Assembly (NCBI GenBank): GCA_965240325.2
Contig: OZ251238.1
Span: 558,001-622,000 of the forward strand
Origin: Rebecca billardiae RCC1528
Taxonomy: Eukaryota > Protista > Haptophyta
Length of the DNA stretch: 64,000 nucleotides
Direction: 5' to 3'
Shown here: in pieces, positions 43,447 through 56,187 of the stretch
Position numbering within the stretch: position 1 is the first letter of the stretch
Layout of the letters: the number at the start of each line of letters is the position of its first letter
Translations under genes and position numbers: made by a program
Notes under the pieces: model-generated
Database searches by the model: none
What the model was told of the DNA's origin: nothing
The model's input: the letters and a program-made list of their open reading frames with translations, nothing else

Positions 43447-43976
43447 CCCGATGCTGTAGAGGTTGACCGCGCTGTGTTCCGGCGCGGCGTCTTTGACGAC
43501 GTTTTCAGTTCGTCGTCATCATCTCATCAGTGCCGTGTAGAAATGTCAGATGATGTGGGTAGTTCAACAGTCGAGCTGCTCAGCTGCCCTCGTAGGAGAG
43601 CGGGTAGACGACAACTACTACTTACTGGAAGAGCCGCCCATTTCTCTGAAACTTCCCCATTGTGGAGCGGCCGGTTTCGTCGCGGCTGCTGAGTGGTCGG
43701 TTGAAGAATATCCGAGAACGACTCAAGAGGACCCTGGAAGTCTACTAATGCGGGTAGGTGGCATAGTATCAAACCACGGGCCGCACACACGGCAGGTGGA
43801 TATTCGCCTATTCCGGATGATATCCGGTTATTGGCCGAGCCGGTTGTAAGTAGCGCAGGCGCACTCACCCTGAAGGACCGCCGACAACCAACCCCGACAA
43901 CGCAGCCGGGCGCACGAACGAACGCGCGGCACACGCGCCAACGCAACCCACAACAACCTCCCTCGCGAGCGACACG

Positions 43977-46030
43977 ATGATGAAAGCCGGCGAGCAGATC
44001 GCCAAGGTGGCAGGCAAGAAGATCGTCGTCATTGGCGCCGTCGCGGGCGGCGCCTCCGCCGCAGCGCGCGCGCGCCGCCTCGACGAGCATGCGACGATCA
44101 CGATGATTGAGAAAGCGGGCGACCCGTCCATCGCGAACTGCGGCATGCCGTACTGGCTGGTGCGCGCGCGCGCCTTCGCGCGTGCGTGATCGCTCGTGGG
44201 GCCTAGCCCTCACGACGCGCCGCCCCGCGCTCCTCGCCCACCTCCACCCGCAGGGCGGCGAGATCGAGGAGCGCAGCAAGCTGAACGTGCAGACTCCCGC
44301 GTCGCTCAAGGCGCGGCTCAACCTCGACGTCAAGGTGCGCACCGAGGCGATCGCGATCGACAAGGCCGCAAAGTCCGTGCGCGTGCGCGACCTCAAGTCG
44401 GGCACCGAGTACGACGAGCCGTACGACGAGCTGGTCCTCTCGTTGGGCGCGAAGCCGTTCCTGCCGCCCATCCCGGGCATCGAGCGCGCCGGCAACCTCT
44501 CGCTGCGCAACCTGGACGACATGGACCAGATCGACGCGTGGATCAAGGCGCGGGGCGCGACGAGCGCCGTCGTGTGCGGCGGCGGCTTCATCGGCGTCGA
44601 GATGGCCGAGCAGCTGCACCGGCGCGGGCTGCGCGTCACCCTGGTCGAGGCGCTGCCGCAGCTGATGGCGCCGTTCGACCCGGAGATTGCGTCGATGCTC
44701 ACGCAGGAGCTCGAGCGCAACGGCGTGAGCGTGCGGCTCGGCGCGGCGATCAAGGGGTTCGAGGAGTCGCAGTCGGGCGCGAAGGGCTCGGACGTGCTCC
44801 TCGGCGCGGGCGACGGCGCCCCGCTCGAGCGCGTGCCCGCAGACCTCGTGATCCTCGGCCTGGGCGTGCGCGCCGACTCGTCGCTCGCCGAGCGCGCGGG
44901 CCTCAAGATCAACGCGCGCGGCGGGATCGTCGTGGACGCGAACATGCGCACGTCCGAGCCGCACATCTGGGCGGTGGGCGATGCCATCGAGGTGGCCAAC
45001 CCCATCGGCGGCGGGCAGTGGATGGTCGCGCTCGCCGGCCCGGCGAACCGGCAGGGCCGGCTGTGCGCTGACTCCATCTACGGCCTGGCGAGCGCCGAGC
45101 GCGCGGCCGAGCGCGCGTACCGCGGCACGTACGGCACGTCGGCGGTGCGCGTCTTCGAGCTCGACGCGGCATCGACGGGGCTGAACGAGCGCGGCGCGAA
45201 GCTCGCGGGCAAGCCGTACGACTGCGTGCACCTCCACCCCAACTCGCACGCGGGCTACTTCCCAGGCGCGCAGACGGTCTCGCTCAAGATCCTCTTCGAC
45301 ACGTCGGACGGGCCCGAGCGCGGCCGGCTGCTCGGCGCGCAGGCGGTGGGCAAGGACGGCGTGGACAAGCGCATCGACGTGCTCTCGACGGCGCTGCAGG
45401 CGAAGATGACGGTCGACGACCTCGCCGCGCTCGAGCTGTGCTACGCGCCGCCCTTTGGCTCGGCCAAGGACCCCGTCAACTACGCCGGCATGATCGCGCA
45501 GGACATGCTGGACGGCCTCGTGCGCACGGTGCAGTGGACGGAGCTGCCCAAGCTGGCAGACGACCCGAGCGTGCTCGTGCTCGACGTGCGCTCGGAAAAA
45601 GAGATCGCCAAGAGCGGAGCGCTCGTGCCCAATGCCACCGTGATCCCGGTGGACGAGCTGCGCGCGCGATTGGGAGAGCTGCCGCGCGACAAGACGATCG
45701 TGACGTCGTGCCTCTCCGGGCAGGTGTGCGCTCCGCGCGCGCCGCGCCGGACTCAGCCCGTCCGCTCCGCGCGCCGCCATCCATCCCCGCCGTTGCCCCG
45801 TTGCTCACCAGTCCTCGCGGCCCTGCCCCTCGGCCCCGGCTCATCTGCGGGCGGGTGGCGGCGGTGCGCAGCGCGGGTACTACGCGGCGCGCGTGCTCAT
45901 GCAGAGCGGCTTTGAGCGCGTCCTGAACCTTGACGGCGCATACAAGACCTTCTCGCAGTCCGGCACTGTGATGAGCAAGCGCGCGCGTGGGGCCGACGGG
46001 CCGGCCTCACCGCAGGTGGGCGGAGCTTAG
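43977..46030 (+). CDS. CoA-disulfide reductase-rhodanese fusion (CoADR-RHD / Npsr-like); 3 exons
   Basis: Motifs GAVAGGASAAARARRL, SIANCGMPY, GGGFIGVEMAE, WAVGDA, LAGPANRQG, YAPPFGSAKDPVN; rhodanese LDVR...CLSGQ|RGY. Introns 44160-44253 and 45724-45871. Confidence 0.93.
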
Positions 46031-46436
46031 TTTGCGACGAGTGGCGCAGCTAGATGCATTGATGCCACGCGGGATGGCCCGGACGAACCCCGGAGACTGC
46101 GTCCCGCCAGGCGCCCTGCTTGAGGATAGCTATGCCGTGGTGGCAGGTCACACGGCCACACGGCCACTAGCTAGCGCGCCTCCGACTGTCCGAGTCCGAC
46201 CCGCCGCCTGCCGACCCGGAGCGCCTGCTCGGTGTGCCACTGTACTGACTGTGCCAGTGAGTTAATGTCCGCCCGGGCCGACCGGTTGTCTCCGGGAGTC
46301 GGAGTAGTCACTGTGACTGAGTCCGCCGAATCGAAGTGTCACGGCCACTAGTCGGATGTCTAATATAAGTTGTTTGTGGCACGATGTCGATGACTTGACC
46401 GGCCGGAAGACGACCTAGACTAGTCACTATCGGCCT

Positions 46437-47710
46437 GGCTCCGGATTCGGTTGACCCCTGCCAGTGGCGGGCATTCTGAGAACCGAGTCGAAGTCACTCG
46501 AGCGGACCATATAGCCGGGTCCCTCCCGACCCCGGATTGATGACTTCAAAGCGACATTGAGCATACACCCACCTCCCAATATGTTTCAGGCTCAATTTTT
46601 ATAAGTGACACATACAGAAATCTGACCGAAATCCGAAACATGGGTAAATGCATATTGACGCGGGTATTTCTGACGGAACTTGTATTCCATTCATGCATCG
46701 ACGTGATACGCACGCCATGACCATGTCACGCCTCACGGCAGCTCACCGCCCCGCACTTGCGAGCGCGCTCTGGTTGGTCAGCTGCGCGCGCATAGCATTG
46801 TGCCGCGCTCTTCTCTCAGCTGGTACACCGCCAGACGCGGCCGCTCCGCCGCCGCTGCCGCGTGCCTCCGCCTCGTGCCGCGTGCTGGGGCGCCGCTGAA
46901 AGTCAGGCGTGATCGGTTGCACGGGCGTGAGCACGACAACGCCGAGGACGATCGTGTCGCTCTCGATCTCGCCGGTGCCCAGCTCGCGCGAGCGCCGGTC
47001 AAGATCCATGCGCGCGTATCGCTTGAAATCAGACTCGCCCCCCCATCGTCCACCACTGCCCGTCCGCCTCCTTCTGCCGCTTGCTGCTTGTCTCGGGCTC
47101 GTGAGTCGCCCTCGTCGCGACTTGCAGTGTCGAGCGCGTAAGGATCACAAAGTACTCGTCCAGACAGAGAGGCCTGAGCATATCGACGACGAGATGGAAA
47201 AGCATCCGCTCCATCGTGTTGTGCGTCCTCGACATGTTCACCTTGATCTGATTGCAGAGGTCCGGAGACGGCGCAACGTGCAGAGAGGCTTGCACCGACC
47301 GTGGTGCACTGACGAGGTCGTGTCAGACACCGTGTGCACGATCTCCAGGTCACGCGCGACCGCAAAGAGGTGCTCGGCATCGCGGTCGCCAAGATTACCT
47401 CCCAGCTGTTCGTCCGAGACGTCGGTGTCGCACACGATGGGCACGTCCAACGCGACCCGCGCCCGCACCACCATAGTGGGCAAAAGGCCAATAAAAGTAC
47501 CCGGACTCCCAGTAGAAATGGTGAAAATCGGGCTCTGGCGCCGTGTAAAAACAAGCGATCGCGGCAAACGGTGCGGATTCGCGCTCAGCTCGCCAACCCG
47601 AGTCCAGCAAGCCTTCGACCGCCTCCGTGCGACCTCGCGAAGGTCGTTTTCATTTTCGGTACGCCCGGTTTCTATGACCGGACTGGCAGGGGTCAACCGA
47701 AGCCGGAGCC
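46437..47710. mobile_element. Non-autonomous DNA transposon with 29-bp TIRs and a 4-bp TSD (GCCT)
   Basis: GGCTCCGG(A/C)TTCGGTTGACCCCTGCCAGT at 46437-46465, inverted at 47682-47710; GCCT on both flanks. Confidence 0.85.
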
Positions 47711-48214
47711 GCCTGACTAGATAGTTACTCTCAATCCGAATGATGCAGGCTCAGCAGCGCACTCTGCGATATGAGGCGGCTCAGACTACTGGCATCATCA
47801 GTCTGAGTCGCGGCCGGACGATCAGTAATCAGACGACGAGGCAATACGTTCGGTTATACCGTTTACATCAGATGACGACGATGAATATCATGATTATTGT
47901 TCCGAGTGACTCTGCGTATAGTGATCTGCGTCGGCGTCTCCGCGTCTCCGTCGGACGGATCAGGATGCGGTGAATAATCATCGCGTCGACTGATCCGGTC
48001 GTCCGAGTGGCGGGCCACACTCTGACTGCTCCGTCATCGCATCCGTGCTCGTCCGAGACAAGTTTCGGTCCGGCGGCACTCAGTCAGCGTAGGACTAGGA
48101 CTTCACTGATACTCCGAGGCCAGCCGGCCGACGACCGGATATCGGTATACTTATTCATTCATCCGATATACTTATATATATATACTTATATATATTCACG
48201 ACGTGGTATGCAAC

Positions 48215-48251
<37 letters not shown>

Positions 48252-48254
48252 TAT

Positions 48255-50114
48255 GAGATAATGTCAGCTGTATTGCCGTTTTGGAAAGTGTGGTCAGGTG
48301 TATTGCCAAACGCACGTTTTGACTACCGTGGTCAGGTGTATTGCCGTTTTCCATGTTTGGGAATCACGTGTCAATCTTGTTTCCAACGTCGAATACTTGT
48401 GTCAGGTGTATTGCCGTGGATGATGGCCCAATACTTTGTCCAGCTGTATTGCCGTCGCGTAGTGTGGGTCAGTTGTGTTGCCGTTTGCGCATCTTTGATT
48501 CAGGTTTGTTGCCGCGATCGCCCACGCGCTGATGATGGCGCTTGCGCCCACGCGCCGCCGGCGTGCGCGGTGTGCCCTTGAGCAGGCCTAGCTGATCCCA
48601 GGCCAGAAGAGTGACGTTCAACGACGACGATCTCTGCCGGGGTAGCGCCGTGTTCCTCGACATCATCAAGTCGAACGATGAGCTGAACCGTGGACCGGAA
48701 TCTGCACAATAAACGCTGCCGCATGCGCGCGCAGTGCAACACGCGCGTGCACCGCCTCGGGCTACTCGCCGTCTACGCGGAGACGGGCGAGAATCCGTCG
48801 CGACTTCTATCGAATCGGCGTTGCTCCGTGCTCACTTCGACTCCGGGACCGTCAAGCGCGCAGTCGATGACATTGCGACGGCAGAGCATGCAGGTGCATG
48901 CGTGAAGCAGGATGAGCGTGTGTTGCTGCGCCCTGATTCGCGGGAGTCGAACGTGCACGACGGGCGTGTGCTAATCAACGGCCTCAAGGAGCTTGACCAA
49001 CGCGACGCGCGTCCCCCTCACTGCCTGCCATCGACTGTCAGTCACACCGTGGCGATCAACCAACGCGCGTCGCTCGCGCTCGTGCAACACTGCTGGCGCG
49101 TGCCTTTTTGCGATTGTCATCACTCCAACAGCAGACTGCCCTGTGGCCAACCGTGTGCAGGTGGCTGACCGTGCGCCAGTCGCACTCGTCAACGCAGGCT
49201 GATTGCCCCGTGAAGGAGGAAGTCCAAGGCGTACTGCCAGCTGGGACACAACGCACCGACTGGCGGGCGGTGCGCCGCGCGCGCCTCGACGAGCCAGCAA
49301 GCAGGAGGGGCAGGCGACGCTTCCTGCTGCTGCTGGAACCCGAGTGGCAGGCTTGGCGAGCGCGGTCGCAGCTTGAGGCAGCGCGTGCAGCGGCATGGGA
49401 CGCGATGCGGCTCACGTGGCCGCTGAAGTAGCAGCAGTCCCGATGGCGCTGGCGGCCGGCCGCCGGCGGGCGGCAAGCGCGACGGCGACGGGAAGCGCCG
49501 ACTGCTACTGGAAGTCAAGATGAGCTACGCAGGCCGCATGATGATGGCATGTCGGTTGGTTGCAGTCGCGTATCCTGCATGCCGCGCGCAGGCAGTCGCA
49601 GCTCTGCACGCACGCGCACACGGGCTGCGCGGGTCTCTTGTCTGAGTGCGAGTCGTGCCCCAGCCACCAGCTGCTGGCGGCAATACAACTGACACATAGT
49701 TATGGAAAGGGCAATATTTCTGAGCAGACTACAGTTTATTTGGTTTAACGTGCGTAAGGCTCACGGTGGCAGGTTGCCGCGCCATCCTTCATCGCACGCT
49801 CTCCGAAGAGAGACCTGGAAACTGGTTTTGAACCCATGACCTCAGACGCAAGAGCACGCCAGTACTCCCACTCGAGTATGTTCAAGCTCGAAAACGGCAA
49901 TATTCGTGAACCAAGTAGTGTGAAAGGGTCATTGGTTTGAAACCAGTATTTGAGCAGGGGCAATATTGTTGACACACTATCCAAAAGCGGCAATATTCTT
50001 GACCCATACTGTACTGAAAACGGCAATACAACTGACCACGGTAGTCATAACGTGCTTTTGGCAATACAGCAACTGACCACACTATCCAAAGCGGCAATAC
50101 TGTAACTTAGACTC
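48255..50114. mobile_element. TIR element (Mutator/foldback-like) with ~90-bp imperfect TIRs made of GTATTGCCG subrepeats
   Basis: 48270-48351 is the imperfect reverse complement of ~50015-50100; lies between TA tracts; decayed internal ORF; TSD not resolved. Confidence 0.75.
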
Positions 50115-50229
50115 GTCAGGCTCATATACTATATATATATATATGACGATGCGCTGACGGCGCCGTTTGCATCAGTCAGTCATCGATCAGCGCCGCGCCG
50201 CCGCCGATCCGCCTTCGTCATGCAAAAAA

Positions 50230-51084
50230 TTAGTGAGCAGTCTCTAAGTCACCATCAGCCGAGTCAGGCGTCGTCCGCGTCGCGCCCGCGGACGCCGCCG
50301 ATGCCCTGCAGCTTTCGCACACAGTGCCGCCTGGCCTGACAGACGCGCATTGCAAAGGCTGCAGAAGCACAGCTTCTGCGGGTCGCGCGCTCGATGCGAG
50401 CTTGCCAGCCTGCTGCCCGTCGCAGATCGCTAGGTCCATCGGCCCTATGCAGAGCACACCCGCGCTCTGCGCACGCGTAGCGTAAGCAAAGTGCGCGCTT
50501 AGCACCGCCTCGCGCTCGGCCGCTGAGTGCACGACGCGCTCGGTGGTGAAGGAGTTCGCGGGGCTCTGCCAGTTCCAGTAGTCACCCAACGAGAGCTCGC
50601 TCTTCGCTAGTGCGACCTGCTTTTCCGGCGCGCCGGGTGTGCACAGCTGCACCGTCAACTCAACGAGCGCCCTCGCGCAGCAATCGTCCGTGCACTCAAA
50701 CGACTGCATCACGCGACCACGGAGGCGCGCCGGGCGCATGCCCGCGAGGATGCACACGCCAAGTAGATGAGTCGAGTCCGCGTCGAAGACCACGGCCGCC
50801 TGCCCTGCCGCGAGGCCGCTGACTGTGATGGCCGCAGAATCGAGCCCGAGTGCAGAAGCGGCCTCGGCGGCGTGCGCGCCATCAGCCTCGAAAAGCGCCG
50901 ACGCTGGGATCGATGACGTCTCCGGCAACAGCTGGCGCCTCCCGCTGCGCGCACGTGCATGAGCAGGCGCGCCGCCGGCGCCGCCATTCGCGACGGGCCT
51001 TGCCCGCTTCCTCCACTGTGGTGCGGCGTCGAGCACCATCTCTGGGCTTTCGCGCTCACCAGCACAGGTCGCCTGGTCCGCCAC
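50230..51084 (-). CDS. Hypothetical protein
   Basis: 284-codon ORF with protein-like composition; no motif recognised; start uncertain. Confidence 0.35.
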   Translation of the reverse strand: MADQATCAGERESPEMVLDAAPQWRKRARPVANGGAGGAPAHARARSGRRQLLPETSSIPASALFEADGAHAAEAASALGLDSAAITVSGLAAGQAAVVFDADSTHLLGVCILAGMRPARLRGRVMQSFECTDDCCARALVELTVQLCTPGAPEKQVALAKSELSLGDYWNWQSPANSFTTERVVHSAAEREAVLSAHFAYATRAQSAGVLCIGPMDLAICDGQQAGKLASSARPAEAVLLQPLQCASVRPGGTVCESCRASAASAGATRTTPDSADGDLETAH

Positions 51085-51120
51085 CCGTTCAGGCGACCCG
51101 ACCTAACTCACACGAGTCCG

Positions 51121-51189
51121 GGGCGGAATTATGCGTACCCGGTACGCATAATTCCGCCCGGACACAGTGGCGCGCAGTGCGCGCCACTG
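51121..51189. other. Two adjacent perfect palindromes (19-bp and 12-bp arms)
   Basis: GGGCGGAATTATGCGTACC-C-GGTACGCATAATTCCGCCC and CAGTGGCGCGCA-G-TGCGCGCCACTG. Confidence 0.9.
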
Positions 51190-52037
51190 CGAGATGAGCG
51201 CCAAGACCCGTCGCGCCGCCCGTCGCGCGTGTCGTCTGCGGCGGCTGGCATGGCCGTGGCGACGGCGCATCGCGGCCATCATTTGAAGAACTGCTCAAGG
51301 GACATCCGGCTCTGCAGAAGTGTGCCGCCTCAGCCTCTTCTCCGCTTCTGGGCACTACTCGACTGCCACCGACCGAGAAGGCCAAACGTTGCCTACCGCG
51401 CCCGCTTCTGTCCGCGACATGCGCTTGAGTCGTGGCTTGAACCGGTGCGCATGGGGCTGGCATATATGTTCTCTCTTCAGGAAGCCCGCGTCTTGCCCTT
51501 GCAGCACATCCGGTGCGATGAAGCGACGGCGCAAGCACCGCCAGCCGCAACGGCATGCAGACGCATGGACGTACGCAGTGACCATGGGCGCAGAAGAGGC
51601 TACGGAGGCGAGCCATGAGCGCCAGAAGGAGTCAGTAGGTGCGACCAGACGTACCCGCCTCGCGCACCGTCGCCCAGCCTTCGTCTTCACTGGCGCGCAC
51701 GCGAGGCGAGGCCGCGCACGCCACTGGCAGGGCCACTTTACCGGCGCGCAGCCGGAAGCCATTTCAATTGAAATGTTTTCCGCGAGCGCCGCGGGCCAAC
51801 CCCAGATCCCACCCGACAGCGGGCGCCTGAACGGGTGGAAGGGTGGTCGCCTCCGGTAGATCGCCGTTGGCGAGCGAGCGGAGGCCGCGCGGCGCGGGAC
51901 GGCGGGAGTGGTTGAAGTTCGGCTGGCAGACTTCGTTGATGAATGATGATGCGATGATTATTTCGTCGGGATCAAAAGGTAGTAGTCGGTCATCCGTCAT
52001 GTCCGCGGCGAAGGCGGCGGCCGGCTCGGCGGCGGCC

Positions 52038-53385
52038 ATGCGTTGCCAGCTGCGGCTGCTCCTCGTCGCCGCGCTGGCGAGCGGAGCCCTCGGCGCGTGG
52101 GCACGCGCGCGTGCGCGCTCGCCCGTGCCGCTTCGGCCTTTACGAGCCGCCGCGCACGGCAGCCGCTTCGCGCCGCGCTGCTCGGCAATGGACGACGGCG
52201 CGCTGTTCGATTCGCTGCGCGCGCGGCAGGCAGAGCTCTCCGAGGTGAGCCAGCGTCGCAGTCAGCGGTGGCGCGATGGCACGTGCAGGACGAGCATTGG
52301 GCTCACCATGTCCGACTGGATCCGCCGCCTGGCCCTCGACTCGTGGCCGTGGGTCGCGATCGGCACGGCGAGCGGCGGCGTGTTTGTCGCGGACCTGGAG
52401 GAGGGCGAGGTGGTGGCGGGCGCGTACACGGCGCACCCGGCGCACCTGGAGAGCGCGGCGGAGCAGATGAGCCTGCTCACCGAGTACGACGGCGGCGGGA
52501 TCACGGCCATCGCGTTCAAGCGCGGCGTCGTCGTCTCTGGCGGGCGCGAGGGCTCGGCCAAAGTCTGGTACGTGGCGGGCATGGGCACGCGCCGTGAGCT
52601 CGTGCAGCGCGGCACGCTCACGTGCGACGGCGTGGTCTCCGCGGTGCTCGTGACGGAGGAGACGCAGGTGTGGGTCGCCTCGCTCGACGGCACCCTCCGC
52701 CGCTGGGACGCCGTCGCCTCCAGCGCGATGAGCAGCTCGCAGCAGCCCGACTCAGACGAGCCAGGCGTGTGCTTCACGCCGTCTGCGTTCGAGTCGTCGC
52801 TCGTCCTCCGCCTCGACGCGCCCGTGCTGTGCGCCGCGGCGGACGAGGGGCGCAACCTGCTCGCGTGCGGGCTGGCGAACGGGAACGTCGCTCTCTTCGC
52901 GCTCGACACCGGCGCGCCCCTCAGCTCGTGGTGCGCGCACGAGGGCGCGCGCGCTCGCGCCATCGAGATCTGCCACGACGCCGTGTACAGCGGAGGCTCG
53001 GACGGCACGCTCTCGAGGCGCTGGCTGGCGGGCGGCGGCGGGCGCGCGAGCGGCGAGGAGGGCGAGGCGGTGCTCGACGAGTCGCGAGAGCTCGAGGAGC
53101 TGCAGCCCCCGCACCGCGGCCCTGTCGTCACGCTGCACGGCCGCTCCGACTCCATCCTGATCTCGGGCGCGCACGACGGCTCGCTGCGCGTGTGGGACGT
53201 GGCACCGACGGAGGGCGGCAACGCGCGCTGCCTGTACGGCCTGCTCGGGTACAAGGTGTGGCTCTCGGCGCTGGGCGTGGACGCCGACCGGCTCATGTCC
53301 GACGGCTCGGACAACTGCATCATCGTGCACGACTTCTCCGACGCCGCCGCCGCGCGTGGCGAGCAGGACGGCGATGACGTCGTGC

Positions 53386-53417
<32 letters not shown>

Positions 53418-53444
53418 GACGACGGCGAAGGCGGCATCGAATGA
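52038..53444 (+). CDS. WD40-repeat protein with a signal/transit-like N-terminus and an acidic tail
   Basis: Repeats VSGGREGSAKVW, ASLDGTLRRWD, SGGSDGTL, ISGAHDGSLRVWD and SDGSDNCIIVHDF. Confidence 0.85.
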
Positions 53445-53930
53445 TGGAGCGCGCTCGCGCACGGGCGTGCCGTGAGCCGGCCGCCCGGATGCCCGAGCAC
53501 GCAGCCAGCCCGCACCTCGCGGCGCAGCGACGAGGGCGTCGTGGCGGGCTTCGTGTCGCCGTAGAGGAGTGTGCGCCCAAACGCGCGTGCCCCTCAGCTC
53601 TCTCGCGGCACGAGCGGACACCGCCTGGCCAGAGGCACCACGGATCCCACGGCGCGGCCTCGGCCATGCCTGGCTGTGGCAGCATCCCAGGGCGCAGGCA
53701 TCCGAGCCACGCTCGTTGCACGTGGTGCCGCATGCCCGCCGTACCAGCACTCGCAAAATGGCGGAGGCAAAGAGAGCCGGAGCGGCGCTGGCGGCACCGT
53801 GTCCGTGTACCGGGTCAGCGGTCTGCCTCGTCCGAGACCGAGTCGTCCGACGGACAGTCACAGAGTGCTGATGAGAGTCAGAGCATCATGAGTGTATATA
53901 TATTATCGCGAAGCGGTCCTAGTAGTCAGA

Positions 53931-53937
53931 CTCTCTC

Positions 53938-53978
<41 letters not shown>

Positions 53979-54026
53979 ACTCTCTCCGTATAGTCTTACT
54001 CTTTACTCTCTCTCTCTAGCTCTCTC
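53931..54026. repeat. (CT)n microsatellite
   Basis: Directly visible. Confidence 0.9.
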
Positions 54027-55148
54027 AGACCGTCATGGCGCACGCCCCCCCCCCGAAAGGTCTGAGCGTGAGCGAAAGCCGCGGGGGGGGCGGCGCACGT
54101 GCTCCGCAAAATCAAAAAGAGGATGCGCGCAGGATTTTGGGGATTTTTGTAGGTTGACCGAACCCCTACCCCCATACATAGTGGACGCATTTCGCTGCCA
54201 ATGATTGCGTTTGTAGTGGATGCTAATTTTAACGATAGTAACACTTAGGGGAATGCAGGGTGGAATAGCACATAACACCAGCCGTGTGTTCGAACACTTT
54301 CCGTCATCGTAAGATGCTTGAATTGTAAGAGCCTGAAACAGCTCGCCAACCCGATAGAAAAGAGAGGTTCGGTCGGCTTTTATGTCGCTTGAAGTAAAGT
54401 ATTGCCGGCATCTGAAGTCATGAACCGTCGCTTCTCAGTGGCGGATATCATCAGGTTATGGGGCGATGTTCTAGGGCACGCGATCCGCATCGTTTCGCAC
54501 GAACCCTCGCGGGCGACGAGATATATCATTGACGCGGGTAGCCCGAAGGCGGTCTGGTTCCCGCGCGCGATTCATAAGCGTATCCTTTCTGATTATTACG
54601 ACTATAGTTATCTCCCGTCGATTAATACTGCTCAACACGGCTTCGCGCGATTCAAAAGCCCTGCCACACGAACGGGCGGGCTCGAGCAAAGCCTCTGAGA
54701 GGCGGGCAATGCGTGACGCAGGCACGATCGTTCAATCCGACAAGACTCAGCGCTGGTGCGCGCAGCTGCGCGGCGGGTCCTAACGGCCGTCGCCATCGCA
54801 TTCGTGCCTCGCTCACTCCGCGCGCCCCGCCCTGCCATGCGCGCGCGCCCGCGCGCGCCACGCCGCACGCCCGCGCAGCTGAACTCTGGCGGCATGTTCG
54901 CGGGAAGTCGCTCGCCCAAGCCCTCACGCTCGCGCCGTCCATGACCATGGCCGCGCTGTGATGGCTCCGCGTGCGGAGTGCTGACCGTGAGCATCTCTCT
55001 CTCTGGCTGCGCATGACGGCGCGGCAAGCAGCGCGCGCAGATCTGCGGGCGACGAGGCTGGGCGCCAGTCCTCACGAGGCCGAGCGCGGACATCTGTTTT
55101 GCTCGCGACGCGGCTGGGCTTAGATCTGCGAGCGGCGAGTCCGCGACG

Positions 55149-55721
55149 ATGGCGAGGTGGCATATGCTACGGGCGACGCCGTGCTCCTCTCTCGCCCGTG
55201 CTCGCAGTCGCCCTCGCGCTCCAGGCCGTCGGCCGACAGCACCCGCGGCGGCGCCGACGCGCACAAAGGTCGCAATCCAGGGTGTCACGTGCCGTGGGGA
55301 GCTCATTGTGCCCGCATTCGAGGGGAAGACGCCGAGGGCGTGCAAGGAGCGGCTGCTGCGGCTGCGGGAGGTCGTAGACAGGCTCGAGCCGCGGCTGCTC
55401 GCGACGCTCTTTCCCGCCGCCGACCGGCCGACGAGCTGCGAGCTCAGAGCTGCGAGCTCATTCATCCGACGCTGCGCCGATCCCGCCGAGCGCGCGAGGC
55501 TGTGCGAGGCTGAGGAGACGGGCGAGCTGCCGAGCGCGATCTCTGCGCTGCGCGCGGCCACAGCAGGGCTGCCCGAAGCGCACCGGGCGGAGGCGCTGCG
55601 GCTGCTGCGCGTCGAGTTCGACACGGCGCAGCCCCCCGAGTCCGTCGATCGCGTCGATTACTCGCGCCCGCGCCGGCCCGGCGCCTCCTGCACGGCAACG
55701 CGCCGGGCGCGCGCATCGTGA
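55149..55721 (+). CDS. Hypothetical protein
   Basis: 190-aa ATG ORF with host-like codon usage in its 3' part; may be an exon of a longer gene. Confidence 0.3.
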   Translation: MARWHMLRATPCSSLARARSRPRAPGRRPTAPAAAPTRTKVAIQGVTCRGELIVPAFEGKTPRACKERLLRLREVVDRLEPRLLATLFPAADRPTSCELRAASSFIRRCADPAERARLCEAEETGELPSAISALRAATAGLPEAHRAEALRLLRVEFDTAQPPESVDRVDYSRPRRPGASCTATRRARAS

Positions 55722-55823
55722 TTCGGTGAAGAACGCGAGGGAACTACCAGGGCCGTGCGCCCTCAACTTCGTTGTTTACTACCCGAAGATCGGCGTAGCC
55801 GATCATATCAGTCCCTCTCTCTA

Positions 55824-55912
55824 TGATCGATGATGATGATGATCAGATGCGCCATGATAGTGATGATGATGATGATGATGATGATGATGACGATGATGAT
55901 GATGATGATGAT
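55824..55912. repeat. (GAT)n microsatellite
   Basis: Directly visible. Confidence 0.9.
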
Positions 55913-56105
55913 AATAACCATTCAGACGGGCATTGCCGGGTTGCACCCGGCAATGCTGCATTCACCCCGGTCCTGCCTACCGGAATGCAGGGCTCGCCCC
56001 GCTGGCCGCTCCAAGTAGTGCCGCGCCCGCACTGCGGCCACTTCATCGTCATCAAATATATTGCGTACGTATTCATCGTCATCAATAATAATGATATTCA
56101 TGCAG

Positions 56106-56107
<2 letters not shown>

Positions 56108-56185
<78 letters not shown>
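56108..56185. repeat. (CT)n microsatellite
   Basis: Directly visible. Confidence 0.95.

Positions 56186-56187
<2 letters not shown>

Noticed and set aside
54045-54090. Hammerhead-like CTGAG...CGAAA inside a C-run/G-run hairpin
   Set aside because: CTGAGCG violates the CUGANGA consensus; more likely a repeat-element end
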